Positions 1 to 13,428 of a stretch of 64,000 nucleotides of DNA are shown in pieces. The stretch spans positions 1,363,540-1,427,539 of the forward strand of contig NMRA01000034.1 of assembly GCA_002633005.1 (NCBI GenBank), written 5' to 3'. Under the pieces are notes generated by a model that was not told the origin of the DNA, did no database searches, and was given only the letters and a program-made list of their open reading frames with translations. The number at the start of each line of letters is the position of its first letter. Within the stretch, counting starts at the first letter, position 1. Origin of the DNA: Phoronis australis. Lineage: Eukaryota > Animalia > Phoronida. Position numbers and translations under genes: made by a program.

Positions 1-1232
1 GACCCCAACATGTTTGCGAAAAATTCAGAAGTTTCTTTCCAAAAAGCACAGGGCCCTCAATCCCTCGAATTTGGGGCCCAATATCGGCCTTATTCCCCTT
101 CAAAAATATTGAAATATCACGCGAAATACCCTCCAAAGTACGAGGCATCAAAATTCCCCTAGTGAAAAATTCTCTCTGAGTTCACATCACATGTAACCAC
201 ACAGGTGACAATTTTTAAGAGCACAAAAGGCTACTTTAAATTGAGACAGAGCCTATGAGAGCTTGCAACAGGGCGGGGGTGCTATTGACGTGATCGGGAG
301 GTAGATTGTTCCCCTCACTCGGCGAAAAAATCGCCTCTCAGTAGGCACTGGCACCTTTCCCCTCGGATGAACGAGGCTCATGGAGAAACATGATAACTAT
401 GATTGTTTTGTCCAGTTAACTGAAATTGAGTTCTAAAACGAGGTTATGGTTTGGACGAACGAATTGGGTGTTTTAATTTTAAAATTCAACTTGGTCCAGA
501 TTGATATTTGAAACCCCTAACACATTAAATAGACGTAAGAATTATTACAACCAAGAAAGCAGAACTGATGGTCAAATAATTTTTATTTTCAATTACGAGC
601 CTGGTTTTTTATTTTAATAAAAAATATATTTAATAACATCAATTATTCTTTCAGATCAACGACAAATCAACTGTTAGTCGCAGTGAGTGCTTAAGATCAG
701 GCTATGCTTGATGTTAATATTCTCGATCAACAAATAAAACCAGATGTGACTAATTGCACGCGACAGCCACCACTGTCGAATGTGTCTACAACTTGTCAAC
801 AATACGAGCAGATGACCTGGTTTGCGTAGAAAGTATTTTGATCAACAATTTACGAGAAAAAACGTAACCCTGCATTCAGCATAATACCTAATCGCCGCAA
901 TTTGGTCATATTTACTTTTCATGTTTCGAACCTAGTTTTCCGAAAAAAATTAAACCCTTTCGTCAGACAACTCTTTGGTGCCTTAACTTGTTCTCTAATG
1001 TAATTTTCTACGTCTCTGTGGTTAATTTTTGACACATTATTAAAATTTAATATCCAGGTTGGACTCGAAAGACCGGCTATTTAACTCACGCAATGTCAAC
1101 TTCCGCTTTTTTATCGCAGTGAGCCTCGCTTTGGATTTTAATGTCCGCCGCGTGAATTGGGTCTATATCAATAATTTTAGAATAATACGACCATGAATTA
1201 GTTGACAGGTCGATTGTTTGTTATACTTTTAC

Positions 1233-2535
1233 CGTTTTTCATGATTTCTGTGTTAGATTTAGCCTCACAAATATGATTAAATGCGTTTGATTTTTTAGTT
1301 GAAGTGTAGCCGCATGAGGAGTCCTTCAGAATGTTAACATACACGCCTTCAAAATAGAGTAGCACAACTGCTGCATGTGACAAAGGGCTGTGTATGCATA
1401 TATGTTGTGGAGCTTCGTTCAGGAAGAAACCTTTTTTGTATAACCACATGACAATAAAACAAAGTGTCACTCACTAGCTGCAAGCAAGATTTTTACCAGC
1501 CCCGTGTTGCATGGGGCAAGATTTTTTTACCGCATAAGAAAACACAGTATGAAGCATAGTGCTCAGGAACCAAGTTGATTAAGTGCCCTATCTGCGATCA
1601 ATGTTTCACAGAAAGAGTAAGCCTGAGGACACTCCTTGTTGTTGCGAATGTGTCAACGCAAAGAGTGTGCCTACTTATACAGGCATGAGAACCAGAATCG
1701 CCATGAATAAAATTATTCAGTCCAGTAGTGAAAGTTGTTAAGTCACGAAACTTTATTCAGATTTACAGAGTTTATGGTTGGTAGTTGTCTAATGTGATAG
1801 CATTTTTACGTTTTGTTTTAAACCTTTTTCCTATTTGTGTATTTCAGCAGCATCTTTAACAGAACCAGTGCATTTTTGTTGTGTTTGAGTACATTTAAAT
1901 GGCCACTCTATGTGTTATTGGGTGATTTTTACATACAATTATTATGATCAATTAGTATTTTAAAAGAAAACTATATGTCTGACATAATTGTAGAAATTGT
2001 TTTCATGTTGTTGTTGATTCCCTGTGAGAGAATTTTATGCTATGAACTAGTCCGAAATAGATTGTCTATGATTCAGTGATGATTTAGTCTAATACATTCC
2101 AAAAATAATTCGCACGAACTGTACACTGGTTGTGTTATGTTGAGATCCTGACAAAACTACGAAAACAAGCGTTGTGTTATATTTTCACAAGTCACGTCTT
2201 CATAACTTCACGGTTAATTTATTGATTTAGTGCCAAAAATAACCGCAATTTGCCAAAATGACATACGAATCACCTTTGACTCAAGCGATGCCTCGTTCAA
2301 CGTAACTTATCTCCAATAATTGGAACAGACACCAGCCCAAACCTCTACCTGCCCTCCCTCAATGTGTTACGCCTTGAACTCATGTCTCTGTTTTCACATT
2401 GGAAGTAAAAACAACGTAAATTCATCAAATTTACTCACCTTGCCTGTATTCGCTTCTCGCAACAGGTTTCGTTCTCGATTGCTTTCCGGTCGTTCTCGAT
2501 CGCGGGTTGGCCGGGGTGCCCTTAAGTGACATCAT
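1233..2535 (-). CDS. Putative first two coding exons of an unidentified gene running off the left edge (exons 2535-2439, 1346-1233)
   Basis: ATG at 2535 opens MMSLKGTPANPRSRTTGKQSRTKPVARSEYRQ and ends at a strong CAAG|gtgagt donor (phase 1). The exon after ctattttgaag (GVYVNILKDSSCGYTSTKKSNAFNHICEAKSNTEIMKN, G|gtaaaa) is phase 1-1 and open. CpG-rich sequence lies upstream at ~2570-2640. No domain recognised. Confidence 0.45.
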
Positions 2536-3445
2536 TTCTTAAACCATATAGAACTGGAATGCTAACTTAGATCTCGCGCTGAGGAGGTTGCGCCGCGCAT
2601 ATGGGTGGCATTTGTTTACATTCGTTTGTTCCGGCGTAAGTTATTCCTATTTAACTTACTGTCATTAAAACTTTTCGCTACTCCGCTGTTTTTCAACCAA
2701 ATTGCATAAGAGTGATATCATTAGAAAGCCCTTCACCAGTTCTTGATGGTGTATGATTACATCAGAAACAAATAAAAAAATAGTTCATCAATAATTAATC
2801 TTTTCGCATTCATTAATTCTAAAAACCCAAAGTGTGTAATACTAACACAAAAAAAGAAAATGAACCAGAGAGATTATACAAATTACTAATTAAACCAGCA
2901 GGGAAATAATTCAATGATTCAAAACATTTCTATCCTATCAAGATAAACGAATATGCATCCCTCGCAATTGTCGTGAAGAATTTAGTCAGGCATTCATCCA
3001 AAATTATACATCTTTATGTATTATTTGGATTTTTGGTGCCGTTTGATATAATAATTCTTCAGTAAAACTTCAGGACGGGTGACATTTGCAAAGTGTGAAT
3101 TACAAAGCTAATTACTCCAACTATCTGTCCTAAATTTGCAGATAAAGGCTTTCTGCTAGATAAAAATGAGCAAACATCTATTGCGTAGGTTTGAAAAGTG
3201 CTGTGGATAGATCATTACATAGATTGCAGTGTAGGACTTTAACGTAAACAAGAGACATTGTTATGTTACTAAAGAAAGTGGACTCTGGAGATTAACAATA
3301 TTCATGACAAAGAGAAAAATGAAGACATGTTCCATAGTTGTCAACATTCGAGAATAAAAAAACGGGACAACTGGATTAAAAAGCGGGACTTCAGGAAAAA
3401 ATCTGGGTTTATGCCGAAACGCAAGGGTGAAATGGTCGCCGCAAC

Positions 3446-3531
3446 CATAGGCACCTTTAATCAGCCCTCGACGTTATACTATACTATATCGACTATACTA
3501 TATCGTCGAAGGCTGATTAAAGGTGCCTGTG
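3446..3531. mobile_element. 86-bp hairpin mini-MITE, P-element-like termini
   Basis: CATAGGCACCTTTAATCAGCCCTCGACG...CGTCGAAGGCTGATTAAAGGTGCCTGTG inverted arms around a tatac-rich spacer. Flanks ccgcaac/cagcaac form an imperfect 7-bp TSD. Confidence 0.55.
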
Positions 3532-4027
3532 CAGCAACACACAGAATCGTCCCGACAGCGTTTTTTGTCGAACGGGAGATGTTACTTCCAATAGCGCCCG
3601 ATGGCCTTTTCTATCATTTATTCTTCAAACAACATTACGGCATTTCTAGTATTTTTTTTAAGTCGAATGCGCAATCCCGGGTGCCTCAAAAACCCTTGAG
3701 TCGTCCGGTATATGACTACATGTACTACAGGTCCGTGACGCCGTGTATTTTGATAGTGGGACATTTTGATAGTGTGACAGTACGGCAGGAAAATTAAACA
3801 CGTGCGAGAGTCCGTCAAGCGCGGGACAATTGGCAAGTACAATGCACGCTAACAGCAAGAGTTAGACTGGGTTTATATGAATATGTCAATCTGGGTTGTT
3901 TTTACAAGGTATTTTTTATTTCAGGGGTATAGATAACTACTACAGATAACATTCACTACTCAGAAATTAACAAAAACATCTGAAGAAATGAATCAATATA
4001 GAAACAATTGAAAAGAGTGATAATTTA

Positions 4028-4241
4028 CATGCGCGCACCCAGGGGAGTTCAAACGAGACCCCCATTTGGCAATGTGGGCAAAAAGGTTCGCCTCAGGGAA
4101 ACAAAGAGGTCCGAAAAATTAGAAAACGAGACAAAAGACCACTAAAGTAATTCGGCGAATGCAAAATTCATAGCTTTGAAGGTACCCCGATCCACATTGC
4201 AAAAATTCGAGCCCACCATTTCTAGGCTGGGTGCGCGCATG
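4028..4241. mobile_element. MITE with CATGCGCGCACCCAG TIR and 5-bp TSD (copy 1)
   Basis: Perfect 15-bp TIR, attta direct repeat on both sides, internal similarity to the copy at 52025-52293. Confidence 0.85.
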
Positions 4242-6425
4242 ATTTATGCTAACACAAACACATACACACACGTAGCTTCACGGATACGAAAGTCACGTAA
4301 ACACACCTGCTAGTTGGGGATAAACTTTTCACTTATAATTGCAGAACAAACACTCAGAAACCAAAAGTCACTTCTTTCCGAAAAATACAGTAACATGATT
4401 TCAACACCCAAAAATGTCTTGTTGAAAAATCTCCTAGCGGCATACAGTTTGATAGGTTGTCGAAGTGGTTCTAATACTGGAGATGAAAAGATTTCAGAGA
4501 CCAGACTATTCCCGGTATCGCGGCCAAGGCCACGGGTCGCTGCGTATGAAGAATGACCAATGTAATTGTCGGTTTTGTTGACTTGTTTTGTGAACTTTAA
4601 GTAGATGTTGTAGGTCACTGTTAATACATTAACGGTTAATGACGCGCTCGCACTTCCTCCGATTCATTTGCAAACTCTGTGCTCTGACGCACCGCCCGTG
4701 TTATTTGTAACAAAAACCGTGTACCTTACACAGTCAAGTAGTTTATTAGGCTTTTCAATAAAGTTAGCGATTGTTAATACACATAAATCAACAAGCCATC
4801 TTGACCCGGTTTTACATGAGCGGCCTTCAATTGTGGGGGGAGGGTGGCTACCCGCTACGACAAAATAATTTAGAACAATGCGGATAGGACAACCCCTACG
4901 AAATCTTAGATCGGCCAGTGTGTCATAACAGTGGGTAGTTCAAGTCAAAAGTGTTAGATTTCTGGCGAATATATAACAGTTTGACCCAACTCTTCATTTT
5001 GACGTTAGTAACAAGGAGGCCGTTTTATTATAACGAACTTACTCTGTGTACACGAGCGCGAGAAATTTTTGACGTTCGCCATATACATGAACTTTGATTT
5101 AAGATTCCAAGTTGCTTTGAATTTCTTATTATTCGTTGTCAGTTCCTTCCGCCCAGTTATTCGTCGGGAAGAGTGTGGACTGCAGTTGTTTTCGTCCGTT
5201 TCATGAATTCATTGAGCGTGTGTAAATTTCAGTGTACACACAGAACTCCCCAAAGTACGACCGTACGAAGCGTGTAAGCTCGATAAAGCCCATCTGGCTT
5301 TCTACCAGAGTTTCAAAAATCGCCGAGATACGGTGAAGTTCGTTTGTCTCATGTTAAAAGCAATGTCACATTAAAGAGCAACTTCCTGTATGCCTGCTTT
5401 TAGGGAAACTTCTTGTGATTGGTGTGATTATTTGTTTAAATTGGTCACTATTCAAACTCGTAAGTACACACAAATGTCAAAGCCCATGTTATAACTCAAC
5501 TTTGTGAATCTGGTTTGCTTGAATAAGAGAAGTCCACTAGTTCCGCAATAGATACATGTACACTTCACTTCAAAATGGCGACCCTTGTAGCATAATTGCG
5601 TTGTTGCTCAGCGGCTGAGAGGAATCTGCTGCAGTTTCAGGTAACCCTCGAACAACCCAGAATTGCAAAATTCTGATTGGATGGCAGCATTTTTGGACAT
5701 CTACGGAAACTACAGTAAATGTGCTTTCAGAAGCTAGCGTTTGCTTATGTCGATCATCAGCAGGAAAGTGGTGCTTTTGATCAGAATTTTGCGTTTTTGC
5801 CACTGGCATCTTATTGGAACTTCGTTTCCCTGTTAAATGGAAAAAGGCCAAAATTTGAGACAACAGCGGCTTCAGTGGTTATGTGTAGCGCCTTTAAAAA
5901 GAAATGACTGACGACATATATCATTTTGTTCACAGAGCTTTCGACAGAGTGGAAGAAAGACGACAAGTCCAGTGATGTGTACACTGCCAATTAAAACCCA
6001 GTGAGAACTGCAGAGTGACTCTCCAATGGGAATGAGAGGAGAATGTAAGGTGGATCGTTAGTTGTTTTATTGTCGTCTTGTTATCTTGGTTGCGTCAAAA
6101 CACGAACTTAATTTGTTGTTGTTGTGGCCAAAGGCATTTCTCAATAGATGGAACGGTATATTCATGGCACTTCTCAACATCACAATCAATGGGAACGTCG
6201 CAGTGTTGTTATACAACCCATCTGAATGATTCCAAGAATGTTACTTCGTTCATTTAGCAAATGGAAACGATGTTACGTGATGCTTGCGTAGCGTGAATTT
6301 CTCTACAAATAGTTCTAAAACATATTTACATGAGGGGATACATTTTTAATGTATGTACAGTAGATACCCAACCGGAAATAGTTTTGAACGTAACAGCAGT
6401 TACGAGTTCTTTACTGTTGCTATGT

Positions 6426-9400
6426 TTAATCTTGTTCCATACTTGTTTCTGAGACATCCTTCTCTACAACAGACGCTGTAGCAACGTCTATGGAAGAAAG
6501 AGTATTGCGGCATTTTTTACAGGATTCCAATGACCTTTTCCACACTTTGGCGTTGGTAGGATTGAACTGCACGGCTAAGTCAACAGCCAAAAGATGAGCA
6601 CGAACTGAAACCGAAATTGTTTAACGCGATTAGAATCACGCTCATTCGGTACAATATTCGTCAGTTTCCGTAAGACGTTGCCGAAAACATCTATAAAAAG
6701 TAGCTTGAGCAACGAACTTCCCCGCGCACACTAAATTTTGGAATGAATTGCAACGGTCTCCTCAAACGTTATGGTCCTTGGTTTATCACCGAAGTCTTGG
6801 CAATCGCCTCTATCACACTCTTCCTGTTCATTTCAACCAAAGTACATGTTCGCCTCAAATCTTCCTAGTGTGTACACTTCAAAAATCTCTTGCCCACTCC
6901 CTTACTGGCTGATATTTCTCAGTTGCTCTGGGTGGAAATCATATTTGTTCTCAAAACCACTTATGGGTCAACTTGAAAGGTTTGGTTCGCTAATCAATTT
7001 TGAAATTGAGTAAGAGGTTCATGAACAAAGTCAAATGAAACATGTCATTTTTTGAAACACAACGGATATTTGTAATAGCAATCCCACAGATACTGTACAC
7101 ACAGCCCTAGCTAATCTTGAGGTTGCTTGAAGTGAAGCAGTACATGGAAGGAATTAAATTTTCAATGTATGAGTTTAAATGGTTTAGTGCGCTTGAGAAA
7201 AATATCCGTAGCGCCTTATAATTCCGTTAGAACAGGTGAGGGTGAGATTTCTTCGGGAAATCCGTTGCACAATCTTGTACTTTTAAATGTTGTAATGCAC
7301 CTACACGATAACGTTACACGGAAATAAGTTCAATAAAAAGAAAAGTAAATTATTAGAGAAGGATAATGGCCTGGACATCATCAAGGCNTCATATTTGTTC
7401 TCAAAACCACTTATGGGTCAACTTGAAAGGTTTGGTTCGCTAATCAATTTTGAAATTGAGTAAAAGGTTCATGAACAAAGTCAAATGAAACATGTCATTT
7501 TTCGAAACACAACGGATATTCGTTATAGCAATCCCACAGATACTGTACACACAGCCCTAGCTAATCTTGAGGTTGCTTGAAGTGAAGCAGTACATGGAAG
7601 GAATTAAATTTTCAATGTATGAGTTTAAATGGTTTAGTGCGCTTGAGAAAAATATCCGTAGCGCCTTATAATTCCGTTAGAACAGGTGAGGGTGAGATTT
7701 CTTCGGGAAATCCGTTGCACAATCTTGTACTTTTAAATGTTGTAATGCACCTACACGATAACGTTATACGGAAATAAGTTCAATAAAAAGAAAAGAAATT
7801 ATTAGAGAAGGATAATGGCCTGGACATCATCAAGGCACAATGCCATCTTTAGAGAGATGTATTGTATCGTGGATTATGTCCCCCACATCTGGAAATGGTA
7901 CTGGTGTCCTGATGCTCGACTTACGGCAGAGACAACTTAAAAAACAATTTCAAAAAACGTAATCAATGAATAAGAATAAAAGACAAACGACTAGGAAGTA
8001 CTAGTTTGTTAATTTTGATAGTATCAACGTCGGATTATCTAAAATCCTACTAAACACGCTTTTCATTCTGTTGCACTGGCTAAAAATGAAAATTGGAGTA
8101 GGCCTTTTACTCTGGGCCATAAAATCGGTTTCATAAAATGTTTTACTTTGTTAGGACTTGATTTTCGTTACCAAGACCACCAAAACCATCAGCAGCTCAA
8201 GAAAGCGCTTTTGATTGTATTTGGGTAGGCCAAACCTAAAATTGCGAATTCAAATATGACGCATGAATGCACTGAGACTTGATTTGGTAACGGAAATAGA
8301 ATCCTGTCACAGTAAGGAATATCATAAGACCAGTTTATGAGAGGAAAAAGGTTTTCGTTTTTAAGCAGTTAAACAGAGCGAAATGCAACTTTAGCTAGAC
8401 TATAGCTTCCATCAAACGAAGAACCACGTCTCATACACACAGCAGGGTTCTGTTTGTAAAACGTGGTGCTGTGTTCATCGAATGTGGTGACGGGAGGTCG
8501 GCGATGGATACGCAACTGTGGCGACCTAGGTGAAGGGGTAATTAAAACCCATGGGAAAATTGAGGTGAACGGCTGATCACAAAGCGCGACGATGGAGGAG
8601 GGGTGGGGAAGGCAAATCGGATGGTGATGGTCAGTTCAACATACACCATCCAGAAAATGCGTGCCAATCTATTCGGTCCCAGACACCCCTTCAGTTTTGG
8701 CTGGTGGGTATTTTTGCATACATACGTATAGTATTGTCTCGAATAGATATTGTGCACCGTCTGAGAAATCATCTCCGTTACGTACATTTATCTTGTAGGC
8801 GTTGTGGTTTCTTACTAACGTTTCAGGATGGGTACACGAGCAAGAAGCGACGGTAGCGGGAGAGGTGTGCAAATGGTGTTCTCTCTTGGTAACGCTCAGG
8901 TATTGGAATGCACAGCGGCCTAGCGCCCAATTCATTATGTGGCGGGTGATAGAGGCATACGTTTACATTTGCTGGTATCTATTTACAGGCATAGAACTCC
9001 TGGGGACAAAATCAACAGCCAGGGCATAAACAAAACAGCTATATAATTAAGCACGTGACATGTTAAACACATACTTATTATACTTAAACAAATCATCTAT
9101 CAAAAATAATTCTGATCTGCTTCAGTTATCAACATTAAACCTGCCTCATTCCGCTTTTACTCCGAACATATGAGTAACGAACTGTCCAAAAATCGCTCCT
9201 CATCTTATTTACGTAAAGAATGATTAAAATAAAAGGAACGTAAGGTGGTTTTAGAGCAGCTTAAACATGTTATGCTGCAGAACAAGAGTACTGAAAACCA
9301 GTTCATTGTACATACATATTTTTCAGTTACTGTGGAAGATCACCTTTTGTGTTGGTCAGCGACTCTTGTAGATTGTCTAACTCCTGGTTCATCTCATCTA

Positions 9401-11290
9401 TCTCTTGAAGTTTCTGTTCACTGAACTGACTATGTTTAGCAACGCTGGTCTTACAACCTCCTGAACCTGTTGTGGGAATAGACAAGTAATTATTATTTGC
9501 TATGCAGAGATGGAAAAAGCATAAAGTGTGTACTTTTGACAGATACTCTGAAAATATCGCTTTGGAAAGAGAACAAGAACGGGTGACAACGAAAGAAACG
9601 AAAAAAAAAAAATATTTGACAAATAAACCCAGAGCCGAAAGAAAGCTAAAATTTAAAATGGACAATAGTGAAGGTGAAATATTTTAGTGTGCGACGATTG
9701 GTGGCCAAATTCCAAACCTGGTGAAAATTAGTTGTAAACGATGTGCGGAAGGTGAGTCATACCTGTGCTACTACTACTGAATTGCAAATTGAAAGACTTA
9801 AAGTCCTTGTTGCAAACTGCCCATGTGGTTCTAGTATCCGAAAATACTTACTAAATAAAATCTTATTTTCGACACCCTTTCTTTACATTCTTTTCGCCTT
9901 TCTTGCCAAAAGCGATTTTTCAACCGTATTTGACCCTTTTCTCTGAGCGTATGATTACCGGTTGTCATCAGTTATTTCCGTACCCACATTTCCGGCTCAT
10001 CAGTTCAGGAACTTGTCCTGAACGCCGCCATTTTTTCCTTGTAACTGAATGTGCTATGGCTTGCTCGAAAAGTCTTCATTATATTGTTTTATTAGTAATA
10101 TATCGTGATTCGTTTGCATATGTAGTGTATTTATAGTTTGTAGTTAGTGGTCGTTGATTTTTTTGGAATGTTACGCGTACTTAGTATGTTAAAATAGCAT
10201 TGGTGTTTAGTTCCTTACGTAGGCCGGTCGAACCTAGGAACCAATATGGGTCGAACCAATTTTTTTTCGGTTTTATTTTTTTCCTCGTTTTGAAAAAGAA
10301 CTTTGCTATCATCGGAAAGGTAGTACATTCTACTCAGTAAAAATCGAAAAAGTATCAAAATCGGGGCAAGCACTGTAAAGTTATTGCAAGTTTTGTGGCG
10401 AAATTTGGGTCACTTTGTTTGGATCGCGTCGGCCATATTGGAGGACAGCGGGATGAGTTACGAGTTTAAAACTTTGTGTAAATTGTTTTCGCCAACAAAT
10501 TACGGTGAAATTTAGTTAGACATATCTTTACTTACTATTCTGCACGATTTAGCAGTGTTCACCAAATTTCAGCCTCGCAGTTGTTACTCATTAAGTGATA
10601 AATGTGCTCACAATTCCCGTTGGACTTCGTCTCATTTCTGGCGGCACCTACAATGTCGACTTTTGCTGAACTGAAAGGCATGTTCAATCGGCTACTTTGT
10701 AATTTGTGAAGATTTAACGTTGATACATTTTGACAAACGTTGCTACAAAAAAGAAACTTTGTTCAATTTTCGTGTTTTTTGTGTTTGTGGCCAGCGACCA
10801 GTTAGGCCTAAGGGTAGTCTTGGCGCAAAGCTGGCGTGCGTTCAGTAGACGCTAGGACCTACGCTAGGACCTTGCAAAATCCTAGTCAAAGTCACATGTT
10901 CTCATTTAAAATACACGGCAATATCTCACGTAATCTCGCGAAGTCTTGCTTCTTAGCGAGGTCCTAGCGCTACTGAACGGGAGGCTGTATAGGCCTACTA
11001 ACAAGCTGTATTTTGACTATAGTCTTCACTGGTAGCTGGTGACTGAGGCTAACTAAGGTCTGCCGCGGCAGTGTGACACAGGACTAACCAGCCCGTAATT
11101 TCATGCAAGTGTCTGAAACTACCCTTGAATATATGCAGCATTTATCATTTGACCATTTTACTTCGACAAAACAGCTTGCAACCGCATGCATTTACCGTTC
11201 GCCAGTGTCTGGTCTCGATCCGCACCGGGTCCGATAGGCTGCGGTCCCGAGTCTGGCAAAATAATTTCTGTCAAAATTTATTCGCCACAT
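6426..11290 (-). CDS. Unidentified small multi-exon gene (exons 11290-11196?, 9830-9763?, 9466-9331, 8525-8437, 6604-6426)
   Basis: The last three exons have AG/GT ends and join in frame (phases 1-2, 2-1, 1-stop): ...SEQKLQEIDEMNQELDNLQESLTNTKGDLPQSPQLRIHRRPPVTTFDEHSTTFYKQNPAVFRAHLLAVDLAVQFNPTNAKVWKRSLESCKKC...EQD*. The two upstream exons are also phase-compatible but weaker. Confidence 0.5.
6939..7836. repeat. ~449-bp near-identical tandem duplication joined by a single n (probable haplotype-overlap artefact)
   Basis: 6939-7387 is repeated at 7389-7836 with a few substitutions and indels; n at 7388. Confidence 0.85.
10839..10979. mobile_element. Small MITE-like inverted-repeat element
   Basis: cgttcagtagacgctaggacct...aggtcctagcgctactgaacg inverted arms. 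Termini and TSD not resolved. Confidence 0.45.
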
Positions 11291-11502
11291 TTCTTCAGCA
11301 AATTCGATAAAATTGTCTGTAGTTTGATTTTATTAAAATTAAGGCGCGCTGTCGATCATTTTATCCCCGTTTTCTGGCTGGTAACAGTACAGGCACTGCT
11401 CGAGTCGCACTGACGGCGTTTTCTCGGCCTGGGTTCCTGAATGAATTGTACTTCCGGCTTCGCGGGAAGTTCAAAATGGCGGTGTTTCTTCGGGTGCGAA
11501 TC
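11291..11502. promoter_or_regulatory. Candidate CpG-rich bidirectional promoter with a plus-strand first exon
   Basis: Opposed ETS-like motifs (acttccgg...cgggaagt) followed by YY1-like caaaATGGCG at ~11472-11481. ATG 11476 opens MAVFLRVRI and ends at a gtgagt donor (11503). A divergent minus-strand ATG and donor lie at 11290/11195. Confidence 0.45.
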
Positions 11503-13428
11503 GTGAGTGGCGCATTCATTTAAACTATTTTCGAGTACGGATCGTGTATTAGTTATGGGGTAGGTACTTCTTGGATCCTTATAACATCTTCTAACCATGT
11601 AAAAAGGGTTAACAACGCGTGAGACAAGGACTTTAAAGAAATTACCGAACCGGCGTGCAGTTGCCTTAAGGACATTAAGGTTGTAACTCGGAAGCTTTAA
11701 GTGAATGTGTAGTTAAGCTGTTTACAAATTCAAACAAGTTATTCGCAACGATTCTGTATTGGGTTTCGCGTCTTGTTTCTAGCGATACAGTCTCCTTCCT
11801 AGAAAGGATAAATGGGCGCTAGGCTTTCGTATTTATACTGACATTTTTTATTTATGTAACTCTTTCGAATTCCAACTTACCTTTCGAATGTTCCATCTTG
11901 CCCTAAAATGAAAGTAATTTGGAATATTGTTTAACAGCACAAACACTTTTCTAAATCGGTTCGGTTTTCCAAATATTTGTTGTTTTTATCAAGTCTGTTA
12001 ACTCACTTCTAATTTTAAATAACGACTGTCATAACATTTGACATCGGCAAAATAAGCTGTCTTATGTCTTCACCTGTAATAAATATCTTAGGGACTTTTC
12101 GTCTTACCACGAGCGAAAATGGTTTCAAGAAACAAGAACAGTTAAAAACGAAATTACCACGGTATGATTTACATTTCGGAAAAAATGATTCTGCGTTTCA
12201 TTCCGTGTTACGCCGTTTCTCAACCGAAACGAACGAGTCATGTCATTAAGTGGGACAAAACCGTGTTCGATGTCCTTATCGAACCCCGTTTTGTAATAAC
12301 GACATCCCCATCCAATTCCTCGAAACACAATGATGCTCTATAACTCTCGACAACCCTCAAAAGTTTGGAGGAAAATCTGAAACTCCGCGGATTGACTGTA
12401 ATCATTAAAACAAGGTTTAGCACATTTTTTTTTGTTTCTAAAGAGTGCTGCCAAAATGCAAAAAAATAACAAGAAGTGTAATAATCAAACCTTTCATGTA
12501 CTAACTGACTATTTAATTAACTAATCTGTCAACATGCTAATGAGCTTGCACTTGTCAGCTGATTTTACATGAGTCATGTCAACAAAGGCTTATCGCAAAA
12601 ATGGGAACAGAAATTTATTAAGCAATTAAACTTTAGATAATAAGAATTCTAACAGACACGAAACCATGCAATTACGCAAAACCAAGAATTTCTCTTCAAC
12701 GTTGGCTTCATAATAACAGACGAGGCCGGATGCATTGCCACATGCGTTGTAAGTACAAGAAGTCAAAGAGAAGGAGCATTGAAAGGCACTCCAAAGAGTA
12801 GTAAGCCGCACCCCGGTTACAAGCACTACTCATAAGCCGATAGTTTGTTCCTGTAGACCGTAGAACTCTAGCCCTTCTATGTACAGACTTACGACCTCTA
12901 GGACTGGAGATTAAAAGATAATAGAGGCCAATTGACGTGCATCTAGCCAACCATGAGGGCCACAGGTGGGTGGGAGTCATCCCAACGTGTCCCTGGTCTA
13001 CATGTATGTATCCAGGGTTCTGTGTGTCCCGGTGTGGTAGTAGTGATTGTCCGCCTGTAGAGAAATGTTCTAGCTGAATGTATTTGAAAGCCGGCATACG
13101 GGCGCTATTTTCAATGGATTATTCGGATGCTTCATTCAAATACACGCAAGCCGAACAATTTATCAAGAGTTTGAATGTGATGTACGTTTTTGGCTTAAAA
13201 TTGATTTTTTGGGCAAATGTCACGTGATCCTGACCTTGAATAACCTCGTATGTGTCAAAAATTGATAGTCCGCTCTGGTGAACATAAGAATCGACCCAAA
13301 GATCCTGAGATTCTGTCAAGTGGCCGGCGAGATATGTCTGCATGTAATTTCAATTATGCCAGTAGGCCAAATTTTAACCTAATTATGCATGCAAATCAGG
13401 GTTAACGAGGTTGATCTTTGCCTTATAA

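Noticed and set aside
6650-6960. Coding-like minus-strand stretch (GFENKYDFHPEQLRNISQ*...)
   Set aside because: Multiple stops and no recognisable family; it lies inside a predicted intron.
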